A stretch of DNA of 64,000 nucleotides from Tubulanus polymorphus (GCF_964204645.1 NC_134032.1:11024275-11088274), one strand, 5' to 3'; shown: positions 30,001-45,000, counted from the first letter of the stretch. Notes: generated from the sequence alone by a model not told the origin. Made by a program: numbers and translations.

Positions 30001-33000
30001 TAACAGATGAAATAGTTAGTTACGTTTAAGCAGTTAGTTTTTCCGGTGCTGGGCTGGTATTCGCCACGCGCGCACGGCACGGACGCGGCTTTAGGATCGG
30101 CGCAACGATGCCCGACCGGGCACGCCTTACACGAATCGGCGCCCGGACTAGTTTTGAAAAATCCGGCGGGACACTGGAAAAAAATGTTAACCATCACACA
30201 AGATACACAACATAGAAATTTTTATACAAAATCTGGATGCGAGACATCTCGAAGGCTATTATTCGTATGATTATCGTTGGAATGGATTATCGCGCTTATT
30301 CAGCGTTTCACTATTCACAAAACAACGATGGTAATAGGTATTAGGTCAAGGAAACATTCCAGACTCTTTTCATTGTAAGTGTAAGATTTCATATCATCTT
30401 TACAACACTGAGAGTGTTTAATCAATGGTTATTAGAAAGCAGTTGTTCACTGATTGTTGAGTAAAAGTTAGTTTAATTCAAGACATAATTTTAAGGCAGA
30501 CTTATTTTTCTGTCCACATTTCGCGGCAGAATCAAAATACAGACAGTTAGTTCAAATAGTTACGTTGAGACAGTTAGTTTTTCCGGTGCTGGGCTGGTGT
30601 TCACCGCGCGCGCACGGCACGGGCGAGGCTTTAGGATCGGAGCAACGATGCCCGACTGGGCACACCGTACACGAATCGGTGCCTGTACTGTTTTTGAAAT
30701 ACCCAACAGGACACTGGAAAAAAACATTAACCGTCACACAAAATACGCAACAAACATCTTTTTTGAGATCAAAGCAGTCTGCCCTGTATTGGGCTGGTAT
30801 TCACCAGGGCCACATATTTGGGGCATTGAAGTTGGATCAGCACAACTGGAACCCAGCGAACATTCATTACATTTAACGGCTTCAGGTTTATCGTTGTAAA
30901 AACCAGTCGCGCACTGAAATTAAGCCGAAAGTTTCACGGTTTCTTGGTTAGATACCGTTACATCGGAAAAAGTGAGACAGCTTTTTAATTCTTGGAAATA
31001 CACCGAGCAAAAATGCAGGGTTTGATAAGATATGACTTCAATAGGCAATTTAAACATTGTTTCTCAAAAACTGTTCCCTGCATTTATTACTCAGAAAATT
31101 GGTTAGATAGTTACATCAATGCAAGCGCTCTGACCAGTTTTGGACTGGTATTTGCCCGCCTCACAAGCTTGAGGACTCAACAGCGGGTTCGAACACTGGT
31201 AACCTTTCAGACATGGTGTACACGCACCAGTCCCGGAAATTGTCTTGTAATATCCATCGGGGCACTGTAAAATATCAATGGTGTTAAGAACTTTCCTAGG
31301 ATTGCCGAAAGAGCGGACAGACAAGTTAAAGGAGCGGAAGCCTAAAGCCTCAGATGACTTAAAGAATGTTAATCACGAATTATTGATTCAGTATCAATTC
31401 AATTTTCATAACCGATTAGGAAGGTTGGCATCCTAAAACGCTGAATCGAATACCGGATAAGAATTTATTGAATAATGCAGAATAGTTTATTCATCCCACA
31501 TAAATGTACTTCTCTCTTTGTATGGTTTTATCACGAACATATCTGAATATCAGATATGCACTAAAGGTACACACGATAGCGACGATTAAATTCGCTGACG
31601 AATTTATACGCCCGATACGAGAGGGCACACGTAGCGATCAAACCAAATTCGGTCAGCGACTGGCACTTAGTGCGAGAGAGTTAACAAATCACATGATATC
31701 AACAATACATCCTATTGGTTGATAAAAATGGATCACTCGGCGGAATTCAGCGCTTAAATGAACAGACAATCTAATAGGGGTTAGTCTCGGAAAACCAAGA
31801 TCCAAGCGACGAAAAGCCAAACAAACAAACAAAATTTATCCTTGCGTACTGCAAAGGCTTCTAGTCAACCACCTTGCTGGAGAAAACGGGTATGATTGTC
31901 TTTTATGTGAATACTGCGTACCCTAACAAGAGTACCCAGCCTCCAATAATACTAGCATGATTGTCTAACTACCTGCAACATCGGATTAACGACGAACGAT
32001 ATTTTTGACTAGTATATATGAACAAGCACGTATTCACGAAAGAGGTGATATCCCTCAACATATTAACAACATTTGTAACATCGCCTTCGTATTCGTACTT
32101 TAACAATTTCATCCGTTTTAATGCGATAAGATATCTATTGACCGCATCAGGTGCTGACGTCATGATGACAACAGCCACGACCGAGGATATCATCCGCAAC
32201 GCTTGATCGCTGGAATATTCTTTCGCGCTCGTGAGCTTCGTTTCGTGTTTGCGAGCAACGACTTTGTACAATATCGACAGAGATAGGGTTATCATGGCGA
32301 AAAGTGGAATAAGACTGCCGAATATGAAGGCATGATAGCGTCGTATATGACCGGTATTTGGAATATGATCGAAAATATACCCCGGCTCGCCGTATGGGCA
32401 TGTGCGCTCACTTTTCACGTAAACGATCTGGAAAAAACGAAACAAGTTCATGAGAAAAACTGACAAACTTAACAGACACGCCATCATCCATGTTCTACGG
32501 ATCGTAAACCACGTTAACGCGCTTAGCGGAAAAAATACATTGATCATCCTTACGAATAAAATATAAACCACAGACCATCTTCTATTCATCTGCAGGGTCG
32601 CGTTTGGGACCATTATGAATAAAAGCATGAACGGCATCGTTTCTCGCGATTCGACGTAAAAAGCACCATTTCCCGAGATAACGTAGGACGCTAAATATCG
32701 AATTCCCCCTTTCAACAGCTTCGCTATATCTGCGACGCAATCGATTCCTGTATAGTACCGTAGAGTGACGAGAGAAACGGAATTCGATTTCTTCGCCATT
32801 CGCGTGAAGACGATCGTCGATATAACTCCCGAGATCAGCGACACTACTTGTAAGGGCGCGTGTACGAACAGCGTCACCCAAAATCTCGGTCTCAGCTTCG
32901 CGCATGTGACGTTTCGAACCATTTAGTTCGGATGGCAGAGAAGTTTAGGAATAACCAGCGACGATGGCGAAAATAATGCTGATTATAGCTCTACGATCGA

Positions 33001-36000
33001 TACATCCGTGAGTTCATAACATCCACGTACGAGCAATTTTCTCTATTGCTCGAAGAGAACATATGGAAGTCACGTCTGAACATAATAGCAGTAATAATTG
33101 GCCCGGGGACCTAAAATAGTCGCACGTATGTCCCGCGGACACACGCGGTAATACATCTATCCGTTGATTTTTCTGTGAGTACCGGTAGTTCACTCTTCCT
33201 TTACCGTAGTGTGATGATGTCGGAAACTTTTACAGACAATTTGTGAGAAGGATGCATTTAGAGCTGTTGAGAGGATATTCAAATATCGTGGACACTGAAA
33301 TAACAGAAACACGAGACTGGATCCACTGTTAACATGGCTGCAGGCTGAGCAGATGTTTTCTGAATGTTTTCATTATTCCTGAAGATTCCTTACATTTTCT
33401 GACTTTTTCCTTATCATTGTGGGATTCTCTCTACATCGCGTCAACACGGATATAGTGTTCTATCAATCGTGAAGATGTTATATCTTTTTGCCAATGACTA
33501 TTTTAACAATAAATGCTTGAGATCTGCCTGCTGCGTTTGACCGTCTGTGGTTCAAACCAGTTGGCTGCTACCAAATCCAAGTGGGTGAGGATAAACAACA
33601 TGGCCCAGTTTGATAGGCTGGTACATGTATTATCTTAACCTGGGGGGCTAACTCAATTGAAAATGTTAGCCCCAAGGTTAAAGCTAACACTAGCCTATAA
33701 AACCGGGCCCAGGTGTTCCAGCTTCGAACCCTGATGGATAAAAAGAGCTTAGTTTAATCATTCCACATAGAGCGTACCTTCGGATCAAGTATAAAATATG
33801 GTTATATAGTCCCTCATTGCGGAAGCTTAAGATAAAATGAAAGAGTGATCTGGTTCATAATTCTGTATTTGTATTTAACATCGGCAATCCCGACATTCCG
33901 ACACTCCCGACATACCAGCAATCGGACATACCCGACATTTTGACATACCGGCAATCCGACATACCCAACAATTCGACATACAACGATCCCAGCACCTCTC
34001 TACAGCCGAACGCCCCACGATCCCGGCACTGCTGTACAGGGGAATATCAAGAACCGAACGCCCCACGATCCTAGGGGAATATTAGGAACCAAACATTGCA
34101 CGATCCCAGCACCACTGTACAGGAGAATATTAGGAATCAAACGCCTCACGATCCCAGCAACTCTGTACAGGGGAATATTAGGAACCAAACACCCCACGAT
34201 CCCAGCAACTCTATACAGGGGAATACTGGAACCAAACGCCCCACCATCCCGGTATCTCTACAGGGGATTGATAGGAACCGAACGCCCCGTGATCCCAGCA
34301 TCTCTCTACAGGGGATTATTAGAAACCGAACGCCCCAGCCTTACAAATATATATTCTCAAAACAACTGGACAGGAATGTCTGTATATAGGTTTGCAGCAT
34401 TGCCGGAATGCCAGTTTGTCGGGAGTGTCGGTATGTCGGATTGCCGGTATGTCGGGAGTGTCGGTATGTCGGGAGTGCCGGTATGTCGGATTGCCGATAT
34501 GTCGGGAGTGCCGGTATGTCGGGATTGTCGGGAATGTTAAGATTGCCAGATCTTTGGTCTGCATTATGCGTATTGATACGTAAGGCAAAAAGGCCGTTGG
34601 ACCACCATATTTTATACTTGAGCCGTACCTTCTATCTTTATGAGATTGGTACTACTAACTGTCCACTGATTACAATCGGCCATCAGAAAATCCATCTCTT
34701 ATTTGACTTATGTGAATAATGCGTACATTGTAAAGGTGCGGCAATCCTCCGATAAGGGTAAACCCTGATAGTCTAGGAGGTACAGCTATAAACGGGATCT
34801 GTAACAAACAAAGGCCATAAGATCCCGGGTGACATATTTGGGGCTTTGAAGTTGGATCAGTACAACTTAAACCCAGCGGACACTCGTTACATTTATCAGC
34901 TCTGGGTTTATCATACTAAAACAGAAATCATATGTCAGCAAAGGTAAGATGGTTAATTTTCTCAATACACTGAAAAAAATCTGATGTCACTTCAAAAGGC
35001 AATTTAAACATAAGTTCTCAAAGACAGGACTGCATTTACGTCTGAGAAAATTGGTTAGTTAGATCAATGCAAGCGCTCTGACCAGGTTTGGGTAGGTATT
35101 TGCCGGCCTCCCAAGCTAGCTAACTCAAAAGCGGGTTCGGACACGGCATGCGCCTATACCAGCAGTTCTCTCGTAATATCCATCGGGGCGCTGTAAAATA
35201 TTAATAGTACTATGAAATCTCCTAGGATTGCCAAAGGAGCGGACAGACAACTTAAAGGAGCAGAAAGCCTTAAGTCTCCAGCGGATGACTTAAAAAGAAC
35301 GTTAATTGAGAATCATTGCTTCAACATCGATGCAATTTTCATAACCGATCAGACGACTGGCACCCTAAAACCTTGAATACTACTGGAATACTGGATAAGG
35401 ATTTCCTGAATAAAGCGGTAAAGATTATTCATCTCACATGTATTTAGTGTACATTTTCTAAGGTTTGCACGATTATCACAAACATAACCGAATGTTCAGA
35501 TACGCACTAACGATAATGATCTTCAGTGCCAAGAAACCACGCCAGAGTATCTTCTGTCCATCCGTACTGCAACAGACTTCTAGGCAACCACCTCGCCAAC
35601 GGGATACTGAAGAATATGAGTATCCTTACAGATTGCCCAGCCCTAGCTGCGGTAATACTTACGCGGGGTTGTGCAACTAACTGCAGCATCGAATAAACGA
35701 TGAACGAAATTTCGGACTGGAAAATATGAACAAGCACATGTTTACAAAAGACGTTAGATCCCTTAATGTATTAGCGACCATTCCAACCTCCAATTCGTAA
35801 GCGTACTTCAATAATTTCATCCTTTTAAACGCAGTAAGACATCTACTGACTCCTTTGGGCAACGTCACTACGAAGACAACACCCACGACCATGAATATCA
35901 TCTTCACTGCTTGATTGCTGGAATGTTCTTTTGAACTCGCGAGTTTCGATTCATGGTTTCGAGCGACGACCTTGCATAAAATTAGCAGAGATAAGGTGGT

Positions 36001-39000
36001 TATGGTAACCAAAGGAATAATACTATCTAATACGAAGGCGTGAAGGCGTCGTATTTGACCAGTATTCGATATAAAACCAAAAAGATATCCCGGTTTGCCA
36101 TATGGGCATGTATATTTACTTTTCACATCTATCTGGAAAAACCGGAACGTGTTAACGAGAAAAATTGACAAACTCAACAGACACGCCATGATCCATGTTC
36201 TACGGATCGTAAGCCACGATAACGCGCTTAGCGGAAAAAATACATTGATCATCCTTACGAATAAAATATAAACCACAGTCCAATTTGAATTCATCTGGAG
36301 GATGGTATTAGGGGTAATCGTAAATGAAAGCACGTAGGGCATCATTTCTTGAGATATAACGTAAAAAGCTCCATTTCCCATGATAATGTAAGCCACTAAA
36401 TATCGAATTCCTCCCTTTGACAGCTTCGCTATCAGCGCAAGACAGTCGATTCCTGTATAGTACCGTAGAGTAACGAGAGAAACTGAATTCGATTTCTTCG
36501 CCATTCGAGTGAAGACGATCGTCGATAAAACTCCCGAGATCAGCGACACTACTTGTATGGGCGCGTGTACGAACAACGTCACCCAAAATCTGGCTTGTTT
36601 TGGGCAGGTAACGTTTCGAAGCATTTAGTCGTCGGATCTAGCAAAGCTCAATGATGTTGAAGCACACAGGACGCAACAGCGATAATGGCTTCACAATCGA
36701 TACACCTGTGCGTCTCTATAACGTCTAAGATCAATTACCTCAATTGCTCGAAGTTAAATCTGAGCATAATTGCGGTTAAGCATCCTGGGGACGTATAATA
36801 AGCGGTATGTCCTGCAGACATATGTAATAACGCATCTATTTCGGAGATTTTTCTACCACCATTCATATTCTATGGTGTACGATATCGTAGAAACTTTTTG
36901 CAGAGATCACGGTACCGGCAACGCTACTCTGGTAAAAGAGGATACAGCGATGATCCGGCAGGATAACTAGTATAGCACTGGGTTACCGCTATTCAATATC
37001 CTTCTACACTTCAATTAAATTCAAATTGATCTTTCTCATTAACAAATCAGTTTCCAGTTAAAACTATACCATACCCCGACTGAGTGAGAAAGTCGATCTT
37101 ATATCTATTTGATGACTTGTTTGATAACTTACGCATTTGGCAGCCTAAAAATCAAGTTCAAATTTCATTAAAAATGAATGGATTTTCACTACAAATAACC
37201 CAGTGTTTTGTTGTGCCATCTGGAGAGCGCCGGTATCCCATTTGTGAGAGGGATATCGAGGTCATTATAGGTATTCGAATATCATGAGTTTTCATTTTTC
37301 CTTCGACTATTTCTACAATAAATGTTTGAATCCTACTTTGATAGTGCTTATTTCCCTGATTAATCTTATTTGACTTGCGCGCTGCCGCTGGTAAACTATG
37401 AAAGTGCTGCCTACGGATCTTGCACACCAGAATACTAGCAATTTCTACGTGAATAACACATACACTGTTAAGAGGTGCCAACCAAATGGCTCATAGAATT
37501 GAGTTGAAACGTTAAGCTACCAGATAGTTTTTCTTTTTATTGTGGGTTTTTATCTACTATTGATATTGGACAGCCACTTGTGTATGGAAACCACGCCAGA
37601 GTATCTTCTGTCCATGCGTACTGCAACAGACTTCTAGTCAACCACTTCGCCAACCGGATACTGAAGAATATGAGTATCCTTACGGATTGTCCAGCCCGAG
37701 CTGCGGTAATGCTTACGCGGGGTTGTGCAACTAACTGCAGCATCGAATAAACGATGAACGAAATTTCGGACTGGAAAATATGAACAAGCACATGTTTACA
37801 AAAGACGTTAGATCCCTTAATGTATTAGAGACCATTCCAACCTCTACTTCGTAAGCGTACTTCAATAATTTCATCCTTTTAAACGCGATAAGACATCTAC
37901 TGACTCCTTTGGGTAACGTCACTACAAAGACAACACCCACGACCATGAATATCATCTTCACTGCTTGATTGCTGGAATGTTCCTTTGAACTCGATGTGTG
38001 CTTTCGAGTGATAACCTTGCATAAAATTAGCAGAGACAAGGTGGTTATGGTAAACAAAGGGATAATACTATCCAATGTGAAGGCGTGAAGGCGTCGTATT
38101 TGACCAGTATTCGGTATAAAACTTAAAAGATATCCCGGTTTGCCATATGGGCATGTATATTTACTTTTCACATCTATCTGGAAAAACCGAAACATGTTAA
38201 CGAGAAAAATTGACAAACTCAACAGACACGCCATGATCCATGTTCTACGGATCGTAAGCCACGATAACGCGCTTAGCGGAAAAAATACATTGATCATCCT
38301 TACGAATAAAATATAAACCACAGTCCAAATTGAATTCATCTCGAGGATTGTACTAGGGGTAATCGTAAATGAAAGCATGTGGGGCATCATTTCTTGAGAT
38401 ATAACGTAAAAAGCTCCATTTCCCATGATAATGTAAGCCACTAAATATCGAATTCCTCCCTTCGACAGCTTGGCTATCAGCGCAAGACAGTCGATTCCTG
38501 TATAGTACCGTAGAGTAACGATAGAAACGGAATTCGATTTCTTCGCCATTCCCGTGAAGACGATCGTCGATATAACTCCCGAGATCAGCGACACTACTTG
38601 TAAGGGCGCGTGTATGAACAGCGTGACCCAAAATCTGGCTTGTTTCGGGCAGGTAACGTTTCGAAGCATTTAGTCGTCGGATCTAGCAAAGCTCAATGAT
38701 GTTGAAGCGCACGGAACACAACAATGATAACGGCTTCACAATCGATACACCTGTGCGTCTCTATAAAGTCTCAGATCAATTACCTCAATTGCTCGAAGTT
38801 GAACCGGAGCATAATTGCGGTTCAGCATCCTGGGGACAATAATAAGCGGTATGTCCTGCGGACATATGTAATAACGCATCTTTTCCGGAGATTTTTCTAC
38901 CACCATTCATATTCTATGGTCTATGATATCGTAGAAACTTTTTGCAGAGATCACGGTACTGGCAACGCTACTCTGGTAAAAGAGGATACAGCGATGATCC

Positions 39001-42000
39001 GGCAGGATAACTAGTATAGCACTGGGTTACCGCTATTCAATATCCTTCTACACTTCAATTAAATTCAAATTGATCTTTCTCATTAACAAATCAGTTTCCA
39101 GTTAAAACTATACCATACCCCGCCTGAGTGAGAAAGTCGATCTTATATCTATTTGATGACTTGTTTGATAACTTACGCATTTGGCAGCCTAAAAATCAAG
39201 TTCAAATTTCATTAAAAATGAATGGATTTTCACTACAAATAACCCAGTGTTTTGTTGTGCCATCTGGAGAGCGCAGGTATCCCATTTGTGAGAGGGATAT
39301 CGAGGTCATCATAGGTATTCGAATATCATGAGTTTTCATTTTTCCGTCGACTATTTCTACAATAAATGTTAGAATCCTACTTTGATAGTGCTTATTTCCC
39401 TGATTAATCTTATTTCACTTGCGCGCTGCCGCTGATAAACTATGAAAGTGCTGCCTACGGATCTTGCACACCAGAATACTAGCAATTTCTACGTGAATAA
39501 CACGTACACTGTTAAGAGGTGCCAACCCTCCGACAAGAGTAAACCCCAGGTGAAACTTTAGCAGGTACAGCTGCAAAGAGATCCTGAACCTTGTCACTTG
39601 CTATGACAGCATTTTGTTAATCAAATCAAAAAACGGATTTGAATAACTCAGTACACTTATCAATGCTGTGTCCGTATTATAAAACCTGGCTGGGTCCTGA
39701 AAATAAGACATTTTACGGCACATGAGTTAGTTATATTACCCTGAGATATTAAGTTAAGATATTAAGTCACTCAAAAGTGACGGAAGTAATTTATGTTACA
39801 TTAACTGATTTTCCTTTTAGACGTTTCAGGGTCCCTACAGATCAGTCATTTCACGATATAAGGAATTTTCAAAGAGAAATTTCAAATTTCGAGCCAGTGT
39901 CCACATCAAAATCATCCCAACTACTGTGGACTCCACCTAAATTGGTGCTGTTTATCTCAGTAAACCAGTAATTCAGTGGTTTTGTAAGCAAATTTTTATC
40001 CTTTATACAGCCTAAACTCAGTAACCACCTAATTGCGTAGAGAAGAATTGATTTAGACATAGTCTGTACAACTACATACGTTTCTAATAGCCTATTTCTC
40101 AAAATTGAAGAAGTTCTGGGTATTTTGCTGATATTGAAGAAGTTTCAAACACCTTTAAAGGCATTTTTCAGTTTAAAAGCAGTTTTTAAGGAATCAAGGA
40201 GTCTAGGGACTCTCTGTATTTTTAGACAGGCAGATTTCTTTTGGAGCAGTACGCATATATTTTCAAGCCTTCCAAAGAAAGAAATATTTTGCAGGAAAAT
40301 TAAGATACAGTTATCGTAGATAAAATAGTTAGTTACATTTAAGCAGTTAGTTTTTCCGGTACTGGGTTGGTATTCGCCGCGCCCGCACGGCACGGACGCG
40401 GCTTTAGGATCGGCGCAACGATACCCGACTGGGCACACCCTACACAAACTCGTGCCCGTACTGGTTTTGAAATACCCGGCAGGGCACTAGAATAAAATGA
40501 AAACTAAAATCACATTTCGCAAACACATTCAAGATAATTTCAAAGAGATCATGGAGTCAATGATTAGATAGTTATGCTGATGCAAGTAGGTTGCCCAGTA
40601 CTGGGTTGGGGCGCTGACGTTGGATCCGCACAACTCGAGCCCACCGGACACGCCGTACATTTATCAGCTGCAGTATTAGTATTGTGTACGACTAGTATTG
40701 CTGCACACTGAAATTAAGCCACACGATTAATTGTTAATTTTTCGGCCTTTCGGTAGGAAATTATTTTGCAAAAGTTAGGAAGCAGTCGTTGTAAGTTAAA
40801 TTCTAGCATTAAAGTTAGTTGATATTTAGACATGACGTCATTTTAGACAGCTATATCAATGGCAAATGTAGCACGCATATTTTCATGTATTTTTTATAAG
40901 TGAAAAGATGAATACAGTGGAATAACAGATGATATAGTTAGTTACGTTGAGACAATTAATTTTTTCCGGTGCTGGGTTGGTATTCACCACGTGCGCACGG
41001 CACGGGGGCGGCTTTAGGATCGGTGCAACTATACCCGGCTGGGCAAGCCGTACACGAACCGGTGCCCGCACTGTTTTTGAAGGACCCATCAGGACACTGG
41101 AAAAAACATTAACCATAACGCAAAATATACAACAAACATTTTTTGAGACCAAAACTTTTTACGACTTCTTCTTTTGCATTAGACATTTCAAAGGCGAAAG
41201 ATTATTAGTGAAATTATGAGGTTAATAATCGGATATTTACACTGATGCAAGCAGTCTGCCCTGTATTGGGCTGGTATTCACCAGGGCCACATTTTTGGGG
41301 CTTAAAAGTTGGATCAGCACAACTTGAACCCAGCGGACACTCATTACATGTTTCGGCTCCAGGTTTATCGTTGTAAAAACCAGTCGTGCACTGAAATTAA
41401 GCCGAAAGTTTCACGGTTTCTTGGTTAGATATCGTTACATCGGAAAAAGTTAGACAGCTTTTTAATTCATGAAATTACACCGAGCAAAAATGCAGGGTTT
41501 GATAAGATATGACTTCAACAGGCAATTTAAACATCGTTTCTCAAAAACTGTACCCTGCATATATAACTCAGAAAATTGGTTAGATAGTTACATCGATGCA
41601 AGCGCTCTGACCAGGTTTTGGCTGGTATTTGCCGACCTCACAAGCTTGAGGACTCAACAGCAGGTTCGAACACCGGTGACCTTTCAGACACGGTGTACAC
41701 GCACCAGTCCCGGAAATTGTCTTGTAATATCCATCGGGGCACTGTAAAATATCAATGGTGCTAAGACCTTTCCTAGGATTGCCAAAAGAGCGGACAGACA
41801 AGTTAAAGGAACAGAAAGCCTTAAGTCTCAGGTGGATGACTTAAAAAAATGTTAATTGAGAATTATTGATTAAACATTGATTTAATGTTCATAACCGATT
41901 AGAAGGTTGGCACCTTAAAACATTGACTACTACTGGAATACTGGATAAGGATTTCCTGAATAGAGCGGTAAAGATTATTCATCCCACATGTATTAAGTGT

Positions 42001-45000
42001 AAATTTCTCTTTCTAAGGTTTGCGCGATTATCACAAACATAACCGAATGTTCTGATACGCGCTGACGATAATGGTCTTCAGTACCAAGAAACCACGCCAG
42101 AGTATAGTAGATAAAAACCCACAATAAAAAGAAAAACTATCTGGTAGCTTAACGTTTCAACTCAATTCTATGAGCCATTTTCAAAAACAGTTTCTGAAAA
42201 TGGCTCATAGAATTGAGTTGAAACGTTAAGCTACCAGATAGTTTTTCTTTTTATTGTGGGTTTTTATCTACTATTGATATTGGACAGCCACTTGTGTATG
42301 GAAACCACGCCAGAGTATCTTCTGTCCATGCGTACTGCAACAGGCTTCTAGTCAACCACCTCGCCAACCGGATACTGAAGAATATGAGTATCCTTACGGA
42401 TTGTCCAGCCCGAGCTGCGGTAATGCTTACGCGGGGTTGTGCAACTAACTGCAGCATCGAATAAACGATGAACGAAATTTCGGACTGGAAAATATGAACA
42501 AGCACATGTTTACAAAAGACGTTAGATCCCTTAATGTATTAGCGACCATTCCAACCTCTACTTCGTAAGCGTACTTCAATAATTTCATCCTTTTAAACGC
42601 GATAAGACATCTACTGACTCCTTTGGGTAACGTCACTACAAAGACAACACCCACGACCATGAATATCATCTTCACTGCTTGATTGCTGGAATGTTCCTTT
42701 GAACTCGATGTGTGCTTTCGAGTGATAACCTTGCATAAAATTAGCAGAGACAAGGTGGTTATGGTAAACAAAGGGATAATACTATCCAATACGAAGGCAT
42801 GAAGGCGTCGTATTTGACCAGTATTCGATATAAAACCAAAAAGATATCCCGGTTTGCCATATGGGCATGTATATTTACTTTTCACATCTATCTGGAAAAA
42901 CCGAAACGTGTTTACGAGACAAATTGACAAACTCAACAGACATGCCATCATCCACGTTCTACGGATCGTAAGCCACGATAACGCGCTTAGCGGAAAAAAT
43001 ACATTGATCATCCTTACGAATAAAATATAAACCACAGTCCAAATTGAATTCATCTCGAGGATTGTACTAGGGGTAATCGTAAATGAAAGCACATAGGGCA
43101 TCATTCCTAGAGATATAACGTAAAAAGCTCCATTTCCCATGATAATGTAAGCCACTAAATATCGAATTCCTCCCTTCGACAGCTTGGCTATCAGCGCAAG
43201 ACAGTCGATTCCTGTATAGTACTGTAGAGTAACGAGAGAAACTGAATTCGATTTCTTCGCCATTCGAGTGAAGACGATCGTCGATAAAACTCCCGAGATC
43301 AGCGACACTACTTGTATGGGCGCGTGTACGAACAACGTCACCCAAAATCTGGCTTGTTTTGGGCAGGTAACGTTTCGAAGCATTTAGTCGTCGGATCTAG
43401 CAAAGCTCAATGATGTTGAAGCACACAGGACGCAACAGCGATAATGGCTTCACAATCGATACACCTGTGCGTCTCTATAACGTCTAAGATCAATTACCTC
43501 AATTGCTCGAAGTTAAATCTGAGCATAATTGCGGTTAAGCGTCCTGGGGACGTATAATAAGCGGTATGTCCTGCAGACATATGTAATAACGCATCTATTT
43601 CGGAGATTTTTCTACCACCATTCATATTCTATGGTGTACGATATCGTAGAAACTTTTTGCAGAGATCACGGTACTGGCAACGTTACTCTGGCAACTCTGG
43701 CAAAAGAGGATTCGGCGATAATCTGGCAGGATCGCTAGTATAGCACTGGGTAACCGGGATTCAATATCCTTCTACGCTTCAATCAAATTCGAATTGATCT
43801 TTCTCATTAATAAATCAGTTCCAGTGAAAACTATACCATACCTCGACTGAGTGAGAAAATCGATCTCATATCTATTTGATATCTTGTTTGATGATTTTCG
43901 AATTCGGAAGCCTAAAAATCAAGTTCAAATTTCATCGAAAATGAATGGATTTTCACTACAAATCACTCTGTGTTTTGTTGTACTATCTGGCGAGCGCCGG
44001 TATCCCATTTGTGAGAGGGGATATGGAGGTCATTATAGGTATTCGAATATTATGAGTTTTCATTTTTCCTTTGACTATTTCTACAATAAATGTTTGAATC
44101 CTACTTTGATAGTGCTTATTTCCCTGATTAATCTTATTTGACTTGCGCGCCGCCACTGGTAAACTATGAAAGTACTGCCTACGGATCTTGCACACCAGAA
44201 TACTAGCAATTTCTATGTGAATAACACATACACTGTTAAGAGGTGCCAACCCTCCGACAAGAGTAGACCCCGGGTGAAACTTTAGCAGGTACAGCTGCAA
44301 AGAGATCCTGAACCTTGTCACTCGCTATGACAGCATTTTGTTAATCAAATCAAAAACGGATTTGAAATTCGTTATGAGTAACTCAGTACACTCATCAGAA
44401 GCTGTGTCCGTATTATAAAACCTGGCTTGGCACTGAAAATAAGACATTTTACGGCACATGAGTTAGTTATATTACCCTGAGATATTAAGTTAAGATATTA
44501 AGTCACTCAAAAGTGACGGAAGTAATTTATGTTACATTAACTAATTTTCCTTTTAGACGTTTCAGGGTCCCTACAGATCAGTCATTTCACGATATAAGGA
44601 ATTTTCAAGGAGAAATTTCAAATTTCGAGCCAGTGTCCACATCAAAATCATCCCAACTACTGTGGACTCCTCCTAAATTGGTGCTGTTTATCTCAGTAAA
44701 CCAGTAATTCAGTGGTTTTGTAAGCAAATTTTTATCCTTTATACAGCCTAAACTCAGTAACCACCTAATTGCGTAGAGAAGAATTGATTTAGACATAGTC
44801 TGTACAACTACATACGTTTCTAATAGCCTATTTCTCAAAATTGAAGAAGTTCTGGGTATTTTGCTGATATTGAAGAAGTTTCAAACACCTTTAAAGGCAT
44901 TTTCAGTTTAAAAGCAGTTTTTAAGGAATCAAGGAGTCTAGGGACTCTCTGTATTTTTAGACAGGCAGATTTCTTTTGGAGCAGTACGCATATATTTTCA

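Noticed and set aside
33990-34340. Regular ~42-bp repeats resembling a CRISPR array
   Set aside because: There are no unique spacers and no cas genes, and the context is eukaryotic. It is a minisatellite inside a mobile element.
33875-34719. Cys/Arg-rich ORFs (CRECRYVG repeats)
   Set aside because: These are translations of the foldback element's subrepeats, with no splice signals or fit to the gene model.
36620-36650. Possible splicing of host Cys-rich exons onto the 7TM ORFs to make adhesion-GPCR-like fusion receptors
   Set aside because: All five receptor ATGs are immediately preceded by an in-frame TAA (TAAATG), so an upstream acceptor such as TTGCTAG cannot give an in-frame fusion. No convincing acceptor was seen before TM1.
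36770-44838. Recurring small ORFs (MRKSILYLF..., MTEVIYVTL..., MRNRLLETY...)
   Set aside because: They recur only because the intronic DNA is duplicated; copies differ by frame-breaking indels.
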